DNA from: Mizuhopecten yessoensis
Lineage: Eukaryota
Assembly (NCBI RefSeq): GCF_002113885.1
Contig: NW_018408763.1
Location: 327,007 to 385,082, forward strand
Direction of reading: 5' to 3'
DNA: 58,076 nucleotides
The position numbers were made by a program, and so were the translations under genes. The notes under the pieces are model-generated. The model had not been told where the DNA came from. It made no database searches and saw only the letters and a list, made by a program, of their open reading frames with translations. Every line of letters starts with the position of its first letter. Within the stretch, counting starts at the first letter, position 1. Positions 13,127 to 26,385 of the stretch are shown piece after piece.

Positions 13127-13365
13127 GGGGGGGGGCATGGGGCATGAAATAGAGGCTATAATCGGGGTTAGGGGTTTAGAACATCTTAGGTTTCGGGACA
13201 AAAATATGTGTTTAAAAAGAAATGAGAGGTATAGAGCTACTGTGAGGATGAATAGAAAATGATTGTCAGACCTAATGCTTTTTTCATTTTGATGTCGTGA
13301 CATGATTTTTGGTTGATTTCTCTCTAAATTTCTTCATAGTTGTATTAACTTCAATATGTTTTAAT

Positions 13366-13553
13366 TACAGTAAAACCCCAATATAAAGCCCTTCATGCCA
13401 TGTGCCACCTTCCTTACTGCCAACATGCTTCAAGGTACTTTTTCCTCATATACTTAAGAATCCTTGTACATTTCCCATATTAACTATACCAAATCCTTTT
13501 ATAATGCCATTTGTCTATATAAATGGTGGCAGTATAACAAGGATTTCCTGTGC
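13366..13553. mobile_element. Degenerate pogo/Tigger-type (TA-CAGT) MITE
   Basis: Starts tacagtaaaaccccaatataa and ends tataacaaggatttcctgtgca; imperfect terminal inverted repeats. Confidence 0.4.
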
Positions 13554-13951
13554 ATTACAATCTATTTAGTAGGCTAACAGGTCCTATATAAATATTGTGA
13601 TATACCCTTCATTAATACAACCCAATCAACATGTCACACATGACAGTGAGTGGTCAGTTCGAATCCATCATGGCCAGCCAACACTGCCGATCATTGACCC
13701 CACCTAATGGACACTGCTCGGACAATAATGGGGATGACAGGTAAGATTGACCACTGACCGACAGGTAAATCATAGACTGACCACTGACCGGATGGTATGA
13801 CATGTTTAACGTCCACTTGGTAATAAACGGTATATCAAGTAGGGATAACTATAGGATAACATCAGGTCATTGTATACTTCAAATATTGGTTTATATTTAA
13901 AGGGACGTCTGACTATCATGTCTGTTCATTGACCAAAACCTTTAGGTGACA

Positions 13952-14177
13952 GAGTAAGGCAAACTGTCCAGATGATGACAGTTAGGTTAACTAAGTTACA
14001 TGAGAGTTAGGCAAACTGTTTAGAACATGGGAGTTAGGCAAACAGTCTGTTCATTATAATCACCAGAGTTAGGCAAACTGTTTCAATACTAAATCAAAAA
14101 AAGTTAGGCAAACTGTCTAATCATCAGAGTTAGGCAAACTTTCTACAGTGCTAGATCACCTGAGTTAGGCAAACTGT
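13952..14177. repeat. Cluster of seven 16-bp GAGTTAGGCAAACTGT motifs with variable spacers
   Basis: Copies at 13952, 14004, 14031, 14066, 14101, 14127, 14162. Confidence 0.85.
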
Positions 14178-15104
14178 CTAGGTATCAGCCAACAGCAACA
14201 GTATAAAAATAGTGCTTGTCAAAAACATGATTGTTGTCCTACTTACGTATAATTATAAAACTTGTAAAGTTTGACAATATCAAGCACCTGTATATAACCC
14301 TGACATGGTGATTAAACATTTCTCAACATCCAATATAAAATATTATAGCATTAACTAGTTCAAATGATTAATTTCAAATCGCTGGCAAAGGTGATAAGTC
14401 GGTTACCGTTTATAAATAACATGATCATGGTAGCATTTTACGAGGACTGAAGAACTCCTAATCGAAAAATGTAAATTTAGAAGTTATCCAGTACAAATAT
14501 CAAAGCCCTTCAAAACACCCTGTGTATACCATCGGAAGCTTGGAGTTTTGAATGAGGAAAATGAACTGACAAATCTAACCAGTTGTTGTCACTTGAAAAG
14601 CCATCAGCTCACCTGTTAACGAGATTCTCTACAGGTGAGACAAGTATTATATACATGTATGCGTGTAAACGTGATGAACTCTGTGGCTTGCATGCTATGT
14701 ACAGTGTGCTGATAAATATTCATGACTGCAGTGCTCCGGTATGTTAGGCCTTTGCCATCTGATGGAGTTGATGCACACAATCTCGTGACCTTGTGTCTCA
14801 TTATGCTGACCCTAACATGTCGTACATGTTGTGACAACTTCACAGCAAATTACACACTCAAGCTTTGAACATTGTATGCTATTGTACTGATCTGTTCAAA
14901 AGTAATTTTGAAAAAAATATTTAAACCATTTAAAAACAAGTCTTTGTATACCAATGTTTTATTCTTCAATTAAATAAAATAAATTTTGGACAATGAGGTG
15001 TTATGTATATTGTTTATTGTGATTGTATGTAATGTATAAAATCTACATCAAAGACATATCCTTGTATATCATATAATTCTTCACTCCAGTCCTCAGTGAC
15101 TCGT

Positions 15105-15820
15105 ATCATGGTTCCTGGTAGGTTACGAAGGTTTGTGATGGTCACCATGGTTCCTGGTGGGTTACCATGGTTTGTGAGGGTTACCAAGGTTCCTGGTGGG
15201 TTACCAAGGTTCCTGGTGGGTTACCATGGTTCCTGGTGGGTAACCAAGGTTCCTGGTGGGTTACCAAGGTTCCTGGTGGGTTACCAAGGTTCCTGGTGGG
15301 TTAGCATGGTTCCTGGTGGGTTACCATGGTTCCTGGTGGGTTACCAAGGTTCCTGGTGGGTTAGCATGGTTCCTGGTGGGTTACCAAGGTTCCTGGTGGG
15401 TTACCATGGTTCCTGGTGGGTAACCATGGTTCCTGGTGGGTTAGCATGGTTCCTGGTGGGTAACCATGGTTCCTGGTGGGTTAGCATGGTTCCTGGTGGG
15501 TTACCAAGGTTCCTGGTGGGTTAGCATGGTTCCTGGTAGGTTACAAAGGTTCCTGGTGGGTTACCAAGGTTCCTGGTGGGTTAGCATGGTTCCTGTTGGG
15601 TTACCAAGGTTCCTGTTGGGTTACCAAGGTTCCTGTTGGGTTACCAAGGTTCCGGGTGGGTTAGCAGGGTTCCTGGTGGGTAACAATGGTTCCTGGTGGG
15701 TTCGCATGGTTCCTGGTAGGTTACAAAGGGTCCTGGTGGGTTAGCATGATTCCTGGTGGGTAACCATGGTTCCTGGTGGGTTACCAAGGTTCCTGGTGGG
15801 TTACCAAGGTTCCTGAGGGT
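15105..15820. repeat. 20-bp minisatellite, ~35 copies
   Basis: ggttcctggtgggtta(c/g)ca(a/t). Confidence 0.97.
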
Positions 15821-16435
15821 CACTGAGGTCCTATTTGTACAGCCTACTCTGAATATACTGTACTACGTACGTTAGACATGTTCTGACCAAACTGCACCTC
15901 GTAGAAAGTTCAGTATAGCTTATAGATAGCTTAATTAAAATCATTCAAATATCTGTACATTAAACATTTTTTAAATCCCGATAGAACATGTAGGTTCCAA
16001 ATAATCTGATATATCAAGTCATATTTGAAAACAGAAATAAACCAATTTGCATACCCAAAATACTTAAAATTCTCTTTGAATTTGTTTATTAAATCTATAA
16101 GAATTGTCAACATTGTAGTGTCGTGACTATAATTAGCTCCTACAGAGTTATACCCCCTGGATGACTAGCCAAGCAGGAAATTAAGTAGCTGTGAGCAGCA
16201 GAGCCGGTTAAGTAGATATTGGCTGTGAAAGTATAGACTATTAAGTCTCTAGCTTCATTTGTGCGTCAGGCTCTACTTTGGACAGGTGAGAAAATATAGC
16301 AGAAATGTATGCCTAGTCATTACCAGACAAAATTGATCACATTTTAAATAGCTTGTGTAACACAGTGCTGTCCTGTACAGTAAGTATATCAGGGACGTCT
16401 ATATGTTCTAGTCTTCAAATAACAAGTGTTCTCTG

Positions 16436-16637
16436 TTTACAGGTGTCTATACAGGTGTTCTGTTAAGACAGGTTTGCTCTGTATACAGGTTTTCTTTGTA
16501 GACAGGTATTCTATGTAAACAGGTATTCTATGTAGACAGGTATCAACTTATACAGGTTTTCTTTAATGACAGGTATCTACTGTATACAGGTTGTCTTTGT
16601 AGGCAGATATTCTCTGTAGACAGGTATCCACTGTACA
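16436..16637. repeat. Degenerate ~20-bp ACAGGT repeat, ending in a TIR-like gacaggtatccactgta (probable pogo-type MITE end)
   Basis: About 10 (t/g)acaggt cores; the terminus reads tacagtggatacctgtc on the minus strand. Confidence 0.55.
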
Positions 16638-16825
16638 GATCAGCAAAGTTCAACTAAGAAATTCACAACAAATTCCTGTTTTCAAATGTGGATGCGACGT
16701 ATGAGTGAGAGCCATCCAATACCTGATGAAGGGCTGTAAGCGTCACTTGGACGCAGAGTGACTGTTGCTTTTTATCATTTTTTTCTCTTAACACTTAATA
16801 ACCAACCTGACTGATACAGTATCAA

Positions 16826-17563
16826 TACATTACAGCATGTCTATATCTGTTTACATTACAGCGTGTCTATATCTGTTTACATTACAGCATGTCTAGATCT
16901 ATAGCTGTTTACATTACAGCATGTCTATATCTGTTTACATTACAGCATGTCTAGATATATATCTGTTTACATTACAGCGTGTCTAGATATATAGCTGTTT
17001 ACATTACAGTGTGTCTATATCTGTTTACATTACAGCATGTCTAGATATATATCTGTTTACATTACAGCGTGTCTAGATATATAGCTGTTTACATTACAGC
17101 GTGTCTATATCTATTTACATTACAGCGTGTCTATATCTGTTTACATTACAGCATGTCTATAGCTGTTTACATTACAGCATGTCTATAGCTATTTACATTA
17201 CAGCATGTCTATATCTGTTTACATTACAGCATGTCTATAGCTATTTACATTACAGCGTGTCTATAGCTATTTACATTACAGTGTGTCTATAGCTATTTAC
17301 ATTACAGCGTGTCTATATAGCTATTTACATTACAGCGTGTCTATATCTGTTTACATTACAGCATGTCTATAGCTATTTACATTACAGTGTGTCTATAGCT
17401 ATTTACATTACAGCGTGTCTATATAGCTATTTACATTACAGTGTGTCTATAGCTGTTTACATTACAGCATGTCTATAGCTATTTACATTACAGTGTGTCT
17501 ATAGCTATTTACATTACAGCACGTCTATAGCTGTTTACATTACAGCGTGTCTATAGCTATTTA
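16826..17563. repeat. 26-bp minisatellite, ~27 copies
   Basis: tttacattacagc(a/g)tgtctata(t/g)ct(g/a). Confidence 0.95.
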
Positions 17564-20500
17564 CCCAATGTCCTTCCGTACAATAACCAACCTGACTGAT
17601 ACAGTATCAATACATTACAGCGTGTCTATAGATATTTACACGTACCCAATGTCCTCCCGTACAAGTGGTGCCTTACTAACATTAGCCCACAGAATAATAG
17701 AATGACTTCCTGTCTTGTATGGTCACAATACTCCCCGTGTCAACATTTATCATTACTTTGCCTCGTATTATCCCTCTTCCCGAGCTATGTAACAATGTGG
17801 ACGCCCCCCTCATACACAGTCCCGTCGGCCGTTCATCCCCAGGTGAGTTGATAATAACAACTTAATCATTTTGTCACGATGTCAAATTGATTCCAATGTT
17901 CATTCCGGCCTAGAGCGCTCTAGCGTGGGTAAATCGAGGTTTTATTGACAACGTTTTGTATCGAGTTGAAAGTGACAAAATAAACACAGAGGAAAACAAC
18001 ACTGAATTTTGTAAGGGTTCATTGAACAGCGACCAGCCTTCCTGCACGGTTGACTGATTGGATGGTTTAAAGGTAGGCTGATCATTGCCACATCAATACG
18101 GAGCCCAGCATCTGCGGGTCGCAAGGAATCGATCAGCGGAATGTACGGGAGGACGACTTTATCGGAACGCCTGAGCGCAAGATGAGGGTAGTTACAACGT
18201 AACGCACAATTATTACTATTATCTATGGGACCTTCCCGACATCAACGGGCGGTAATTGAGGAAAATTTATTGCCAAATGTCGAGAGAGGAGGGGACAAAA
18301 TGGTGAAAAATGGAGGAAAAAGTGAAAACGAACCGCGAGTTGCTGTACTCCATTATACAACCACCGATATTTGACAAGGCTATTCTACACCAGGGTTTTA
18401 AATTATTTGTATTTTTCCGTCTTGAGAACAGCACGATGGTTGAAGTAATGGTGCTTCATTCTGGTTACATATGGGTTTAGTAGCCAACAGACAATAAATC
18501 AAATATTTACATTAAATTCTGTGCTGCTGTGCAAGTCACATTAGTCTTAAAACGCATTATGTTAATCTGTTACAGTATTGACCTAACATGAGATCCGTAT
18601 TAAAACCCACAAATAAAGGAATTTACAATTAAATATAAATATTAAAATATTAACTTTCGTTTAAATTACGTAGCTGTAAAAACAAGGGAGACTATACGCA
18701 GGAAGAAGGCGTGAACCAGCAGATCGTCGATATGTAGTTCAATAGACAAGAAAGGCTTAAAGCAAACAAAACATTAAAATATCTGTTACTTGCCTAAGTA
18801 AACACTTCAATATCTTCAAATGAAAAGTAAAAATAAAAATATTTAGATTAAATGCCATATTTATCTGTGCTTATAATAGCTTTTACAATGTCCGACACCT
18901 CAATCGAAATTCTGTTCAATATATGTCTCAAGGGCCTGAATGACATTAACCCTAGAAAATGCACATAGACCAGTCCGCATATAGACTGGACAAGTCTACA
19001 GGACTAGATAAAGCGGAGGTAGGTAAGACCTGAATACAATTGTGTCTGTCATTTAGAAAGTATTATCGCTTAATATTGATATCATTGTTGAATATTTTCC
19101 AAGTGGTTTAAAAACCTACATTCCTACAGACCTACAATGAACTGCACCAAACAATACAGAAGGTGATTCCAAAACAAAGAACAAGGGATGATGGCAGAAA
19201 ACAGCTGTACATAGCTGTCAAAATATCAGCATTCATTTCAAGGAGACAAAATTATTGATTCAGATTAACTAGACTCTTCCCAAGTCCTTATAGCATATGG
19301 ATTTTTTTATTCTCACTTTATGATATATTTTTTTTTTAGCCATTATACATACAAAATATGGGAAAAGAAATAACTCATCTTTTCAGTCTAGAAGCAATGT
19401 TGAAACTTATTTAATACAGAATTCTACTGTGGTATAAATCGACCTGGCCCGAACCACGTGTCTGGGAGTCGATGACAATAAGCTTAACTTTTGCTCTAAT
19501 GATAAGTTGGAGTGGTCTGGTGCCTGTCAAAGATTTCGAGACAGATCAGAATCCTTCAAGTGTTTGATTCATATGGTAAATGGTCTGCATGTCCTTGACA
19601 GCGAGGAGTGACTGTCTGGGTTCCACCGTAGCAGACCTGGGGGGGTGTAACGATGAAAGGTAGAAACAGCTCAAACACGTCACACCTACCATTCACGTAG
19701 CCAAACCTGTTACAATAGATGTTGTCAAACTAAACCGAGAAACAATTTAAGAATATCTTTTTTTTTTGAGTTTCTAAAAATATATTAACAAGATGAGCTA
19801 CGGTGTTACCGATTACTATTTGAGACAACCTTAGAATAAGCATGTTTTCAATAAGAGTAACTCTAATGAGGCGACTACTGCGGTGCTGCCTGCAAAGTGC
19901 GGTTATTCCTGCGTCTTCAGATTAGGAAATTACCAAAATTGAATCTGCAGCCCCATTGCAGCACTAGGGACCTCATTTTTCCTACAGTGCTATATAATGC
20001 TGTTGAACTGTCTGCCAATGTTCCTGGCCCAAAGTTCTGTTTGGCATCTACGTTACATGGAGTATTCACAAAGGGTCACTGTGTAAATATCACTACAAAG
20101 AAATTATGAAGAATTGCAAGTACAACCCTTTGGCATGTTATTTTCCTGTTAGGACAGACTCTTTCACCTCTAAATAGCAAGCCTCATTCTGTTTTCTTCA
20201 GGGCTGATAAAACCATACACAGAATTTTCCTGGAAAAAAAACTTTGGCATAATTTCTGGGAGAATTTCTTCTCACTGAAACAGAATCTTAGGATCATCAG
20301 GATAAAAATGTACAAAACATTTCACAGGACGTCTTTATTTGGGCTCTGCAGCCAGAGCTCGAGGGTCAATGTCTGAACTTGTCCCAGGACAAACAGGTAT
20401 AGGGACTGTTTGATTTATTATTCGCCTTCAATGTTCCAAAGCCTGCTTGTCCCGTAAATCGCAAAACAATTCCGAAGTCGAACATAAAGCTCCCCACACC

Positions 20501-22837
20501 AGTGTTACAGAACAAGTGTTGTAAGTACCACACTGTCACGAACGACACAATTCTTAATTAAATTTCTCAATAAATGTGGAAAAAATTTGACCAGAGCAAT
20601 ATTTGTTCTTTTAAACCATCAACCAAGGAAAACCTGACAGTGTTCTGCAATTCTTACTCATTAAATGTAAGCCTTTAAACCATTTTTCAATTTTAGCACA
20701 AATTTGATCCCTAAATATTTATCATTGATATTCTTAAGTTTAATATTATTAATCAATGTTAAAAACGGCAACAAACTTTGTGAATTATCTTTATTCTAAT
20801 AACAAAATCAAATTTGAAAACAATTATAGACATGCATGGATTATTGACTTTTTTAATTATATAGATTATGGAATATGGAAAACAAATATTTTTTAAATTA
20901 TCCATTTTTTCAACTGAAATATATTACTACTGTTAATAGATAATCAGAAAGATCAACAAAAAAAAATGTAAAGTCTGTCTATAAAATTTAATTAAGTTTG
21001 ACAAAATTCAAAAGACATTTACCGTCGATATTCTGAAGTTTACGGATCAATAGGAAGAATTGTACTTCGTACTTTGCTAAATTATTCATGGACCATGGTT
21101 ATTGAGTAAGCGTAAATTGCGCCTCCCTGCCTGTGTTATGACCCGCTGGCCGATGGCCCAGGATCATAATTACTTATTGTTTCTATACGTACACAGACGC
21201 CCTGTTTCGTTTCGCACCAAACACGACTCAAAGCAATTCCGTTTTGGACAGGCCTACCTGCAGAAGGTGTGCATCGGGCCGACGTAGACTATCCCAGCTG
21301 GGTGTAATAACTGGGCTGCAGACAACGTGATCGCTGATTGGTCGACACAAAAGACTTTGTACATTTTATAGATTCACACATACTTACCACAAGTTCGGAA
21401 CTAAACTAGATAAGAACATTCGCTAGTTGATTAAATGAAGAAAAAGAACCAATATCCCTTTAAAGAAGATCTGAAATCAGTAAATATATAAAGATTGGTC
21501 AGGATTTGCTAGTTTCCATAGCAAATACACTTGAATTAAGATGAAATGCTAGTACCAGGTACCGGCCGCAGTTCTGTGGTTTCCTCGGGGTATTATGTTG
21601 TAGGCATTATAACAAGTGTCTGTACCCTCTTGGTATACCTATTTAGATCCCCCCCCCCCCCCCCCCCCCCTAATAACTGTTAAATAAATATAAAGAGATA
21701 TGATTAATTGTAAAAACACGAAATTATGAGACAAATGGAATAACAGCATTACAGCGGGAGGGTACATCCTATTTCATCACGATTTCTGACATCCTGTGTC
21801 ATTCTCCCCGCACCCTCCGTAAATCTCCCGACCACAATTGATCAAATGTATATCCATGTAATCATAAATCAAAAGAATATCTTTTCACCTTTTTAAGCAT
21901 CGAACAAATTTCTATAAAAAGAGAAATTTTCTAAATGGTCTTTTGTGATGCAGAATATCCACCAATCAAAAACAGGGAAGTTTTCACTGTGTTATCGATG
22001 TCTTAAATGTGGGATTTCTATAAACAGGAACCTTTCCCTGCCTCTATAGTGATGCTGGCATTAGATTTCCACACATATCAAAATCGGAGTTCCAAGGTTT
22101 TTCGTACAGTTGTTCCATGGGAATGGCAATTTTTTGAAGTTTAAAAATGTGAAAAATTGATTTTCATGACATTATCATGCACGTTTTTATATATATAGTT
22201 GCCATGGTGCACTTAATGCACTCAATGACCTCAGTAAACCCTTACGATCAATTCGCTGGCTTATTCATCAGTTTTTTAGCGTGAAGTAGACGACTTATTG
22301 AATTTTCCAATAAAACACATCTTAATCTAGGAAACCCACTTTCTATCTAAATATAATACGAACTTTGTTTCATATCTCCAGATGGAATGACTGTTCTGTA
22401 GGTCATCATAAAAAATCCTAATTTTTCCAAAAGGGTGATAAAGTAGTGCATACCTATAATGGTACAATACAGTAGCAATTCAGATGTGTTTAAGCATGGA
22501 ACCAACAGACAAAAACTTCACGTAAAAAAAAAAAAAAATGATTAAAATATAAATCTCCTATAAACTGCTGTTACGAATCACAGCCCGACCTACATTCAAC
22601 AGTTTAATTATTTTGTTTTCAACTTTTCAACTTTAATCTAGTTTTTATCTCAATTTTATAGTTCAGGATTTTGAGAAAAATTACTGAAGGGACTGTTTAG
22701 TAGGATGTGAAGGAGCTTGTTCTAAAAGCAATTCATTACCAGTCCATTTGGGATGAGGACGGAGGTAAGAAACGTTCAATTTAACCGTTAGAAATGTGTA
22801 ATGAGGTCAGACATACCACGGTTTTCCTATATAATTT

Positions 22838-23070
22838 TTGTTCCTATCTGGATATAGCGAGAGAGGGAATTTTAAATGTATGGCCCCGACGGCATTTGCA
22901 ACAAATTGAATCTCCAAGACATTTTTTGACACGGATCACACTGTAAATCAAGGTCCTTGTTTGTTCCTATCTTGATATAGCGGGAGAGGAAATTTTAAAT
23001 GTATGGCCCCGATGGAATTTAATCTCTAAGACACTCTTTGACACGGATCACAATGTAAATCAAGGTCCTT
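22838..23070. repeat. ~120-bp direct tandem duplication
   Basis: ttgttcctatct...aatgtatggccccga...gacacggatcaca.tgtaaatcaaggtcctt occurs twice. Confidence 0.9.
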
Positions 23071-24792
23071 AAAATGTTTTATGACCCCCATCAGAGATCA
23101 TTATTGTTGATAGCAATGAGAAAGTATATTCTGTATCTTTATTAATGGTTTTTGTTTTTTAAAAATGTAAATATTTTATCAATTCTGATAATTTCGCTGA
23201 AAACGTATGGCGACGTTTTAATCATGTGTATGTAACTATAACAGGGTATTGATTAAGCTAGTGTTTGCCATAATTTCAGTCTTTGACATCAGGCCCTTCA
23301 TTGAGACAAACAGATACAACAGAACTCACGCCAAGCCCAGACAAATATAAATCTGTATATAAGACTGTTCTTAGCACAGTGTTGGATTTCTAAGCAGATA
23401 ATTGTTTTCAATTTAATCCTGCCATCCCTTGAAGTGCCTAAACAAATCACCCATTCATTGATAGTAGACCGTTCCATTGCTCCTAAGAGGTAAACATTGG
23501 TAAAATGTATCTGTCCATTTTTCTTGACATTGATCATTGGTTTATCACCCAACCCCCTGTCAATATTGGCGTCGGACAGAACTGATGAGTAATTATTGTT
23601 TTTCACGATAAGCTGATACAATTCATTTAGAACTGAGAATATTGCTCAATAATAGATAAGTTTGATTTTTAAATTGAAATTTTATGTTGAGAATACCCAA
23701 TAGTTTGGAAATAAAACAGATACGAAACATTGAATCACCCTGATGAAAAATAGATCATGAAAAGCAGTAGTAAGGCTAGAGAAAGCAGGAGAGGCAGGGC
23801 TGGATGTTTGATGGAAGGACAGCCGGGTCAAGGAACTAACAGAATGGATTGTGAAGGAGTCAGTGCTGTAAGCTTGGTGGTAAGAGGATGAGGTGGGGGG
23901 TATAATAGGCTCTGGAAAGTGGAAGACACAGGAGTCTGCATTGGGTTTGTGGAAATGAAACGGGTAGACCTGTGACCAAGGGTTTAATGGAAGGAGAATG
24001 ACGTTGAGGACAGTCTCTGAAGATCTTTGTTTAATCAGAAAGCACAGGAAATAGACAATTCCATAAAGTAGCAATGTAGAGGTGTCTATAACAAAAATCA
24101 CCCAATAAATGTCAACACATTCCTCATAAACTACGCCCTCATAGATAACGGACAGGCGAGCCACCATCACATATTAATGAACATTGTAATATTAATTACA
24201 CGACAATGCCAATTTTTCCACCATAATGTTGCCTTAATTACAGTTATTTGTACCTGGCTAAATTAATTAGACACACCTTTACTTCATATTGCACAAACTA
24301 ATTAGTTGATCTCAGGTTTCTAAACAACGAGTGTTTTTATCGTAATTACATTTGAACTTATCTTTATGTTACACTGTACCATGTCTAAAAATTTACAGAT
24401 AAAATAAACGTTTTTATCATTTTAACAATTTGAATTGTGTCCTAACATTCAAATTGAGGTTTCAAACTTTGAAAATCTAAAATCTAAATTTAAAATCTAC
24501 ATATCTATTGAAATGTCATTCATACTTATACATCATTAAGATAGAGGGTAGAGGGATATAAACATTTTATTATAGAGGATATTTCCTGCTAATATACAGC
24601 TGTATCTTAACAGAAATATTTGTTCCAAAGACACAATGACATAAACTGGAAAAGTTTGGATAACAAGTTAAGAACTAAACTCCAACTGAATTATGCACTG
24701 TAGGGATAGAATTTACAGTTATTTCCCCATGAATTTTTGTATTATTTCCTCAATAGTCTTATTATATGACAATTAGGAGTTGCAGGTGACTT

Positions 24793-24883
24793 TTACCTCA
24801 TTCACTCCTGAAATTTCATAATGAACTATTCCAAACTTTGAATTGGAAGAGTTCAAATGTGTCTTCAGGGGTGAATGAGTTAA
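24793..24883. mobile_element. 83-bp TTAA hairpin MITE, subfamily A
   Basis: ttacctcattcactcctgaaatttcataatgaac...ttcaggggtgaatgagttaa. Confidence 0.9.
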
Positions 24884-26028
24884 AGGACAAAATATACAAT
24901 AAATGTTCTAAAAATATACAATAAATGTTCTTTAAAGGGAAAAATATGACCCAACAATAGGAACTCTTTTTCACTGAAGATACAACACATAGTGCTCTGG
25001 ATTCTTAAACTTGAAACATATTTACATGTGAACTTTATTTTATCATTACAATAATATATAACACCTAATCGTTTTGAATTATTTATTGAACAACAAATTT
25101 ACATCTAGATTACGTTCTGCACTGTCCTGCTGAAGTGATCAACCGCCTACGTTACGACTAACTCCGATGCTGCTCCATCTCCGATCGATTTACGAACTGA
25201 ATCGAAAGTTTGTTACTTGACTCTATATATTCATTAATATTGCAAGTCCTAAAACGGTCGCTATGACGTCAGTGGGAGATTGAATGTCCCCGTGATGACC
25301 TAATGGAACTGTGATTTTTACGTCATGTGGTGTTCTGTGAAAGCAAAAATTAGCTATAAATAACGAGAATACACTTAAGACTTATTTTTCATCATTTAAG
25401 CACGATTTCTGTTCCCACGGCAACAAAGAGATGTCTTGCATGTTACCGTGCTGTAAGAGTCTTTGTGGTATAATTTCTATGGCTTAAGTCTCGTAGTTCT
25501 GCAGACGAAGGGATGGATTTTATCATTGTTAAACCTCTAACATAGCATGACATTGCACAGTTTCCTAGTCCAGAAATGTACAAAGAGAAAACCAGGTCAG
25601 CTTGACACCAAAAAAAATAAAATCAATTTTATCAAATATTTCTGTTTAGTTCAACAAAGTTCAATTAATTTTTACAGAGTTAATAATTCTATTTCAATAA
25701 CTTAATTTTGTTTAATCTATTTTTTGCTTTTTGTTTTTAATTTTGTTTTTATTTTAGTCAACAGTTTTAAAGGTTGGCCTAACCATGCTTCTGCTGACAG
25801 GTAAAGTACTGCCCGAAGTCAGCTATACACACTAAATGTAGGCACATCCGGGACTAATACTCTGACATTACACTGTCTGGACCGACAACCAACCCATCAT
25901 ATCTCCACCATGTAACTCCAGACTACACAACCATTTAACTTCCGCCATTTAACTCCGCACTACACCATGTAACTTCAAACTTCCAAACCATTAAACCTCA
26001 ACCATGTAACTCCTGATTCTCTCATAAA

Positions 26029-26385
26029 GGTTCCCTAGCAACCAGCCTAGAATTGCTTCAGTCTTGTAAGTTCCCTAGCAACCAGCCTGGAATTGTCCCA
26101 ATCTTGTAAGTTCCCTAGCAACCAGCCTGGAGTTGTCCCATCCTGGTGAGGTTCCCTATCAACTAGCCTGGAGTTGTCCCATCATGGTGAGGTACCCTAG
26201 CAACTAGCCTGGAGTTGTCCCATCCTGGTGAGGTTCCCTAGCAACCAGTCTTAAGTTGTCCCATCCTGACGAGGTTCCCTAGCAACCAGTCTAAAGTTGT
26301 TCTATCTTGGTGAGGTTCCCTAGCAACCAGTCTAAAGTTGTTCTATCCTGGTGAGGTTCCCTAGCAACCAGTCTAAAGTTGTTCC
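26029..26385. repeat. ~40-bp minisatellite, 9 copies, each carrying GTTCCCTAGCAAC or a close variant
   Basis: ggtgaggttccctagcaaccagcctggagttgtcccatcct. Confidence 0.92.

Noticed and set aside
12764-13303. ORFs spanning the first gap
   Set aside because: Artefacts of N runs.
13952-14177. CRISPR array
   Set aside because: The repeat (16 bp) and spacers (10-19 bp) are too short and irregular, the spacers are partly related, there are no cas genes, and the context is a eukaryotic intron.
15096-15823. Repeat ORFs (VPGGLPRF...); likewise those at 4096, 32656, 33648-35465, 40049 and 51418
   Set aside because: All coincide with tandem arrays; no splice or domain evidence.
23682-24170. 162-aa minus-strand ORF as an exon or TE remnant
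   Set aside because: No recognisable motif; the S/P-rich composition is explained by a purine-rich + strand. A BLASTX search would be needed to exclude it fully.
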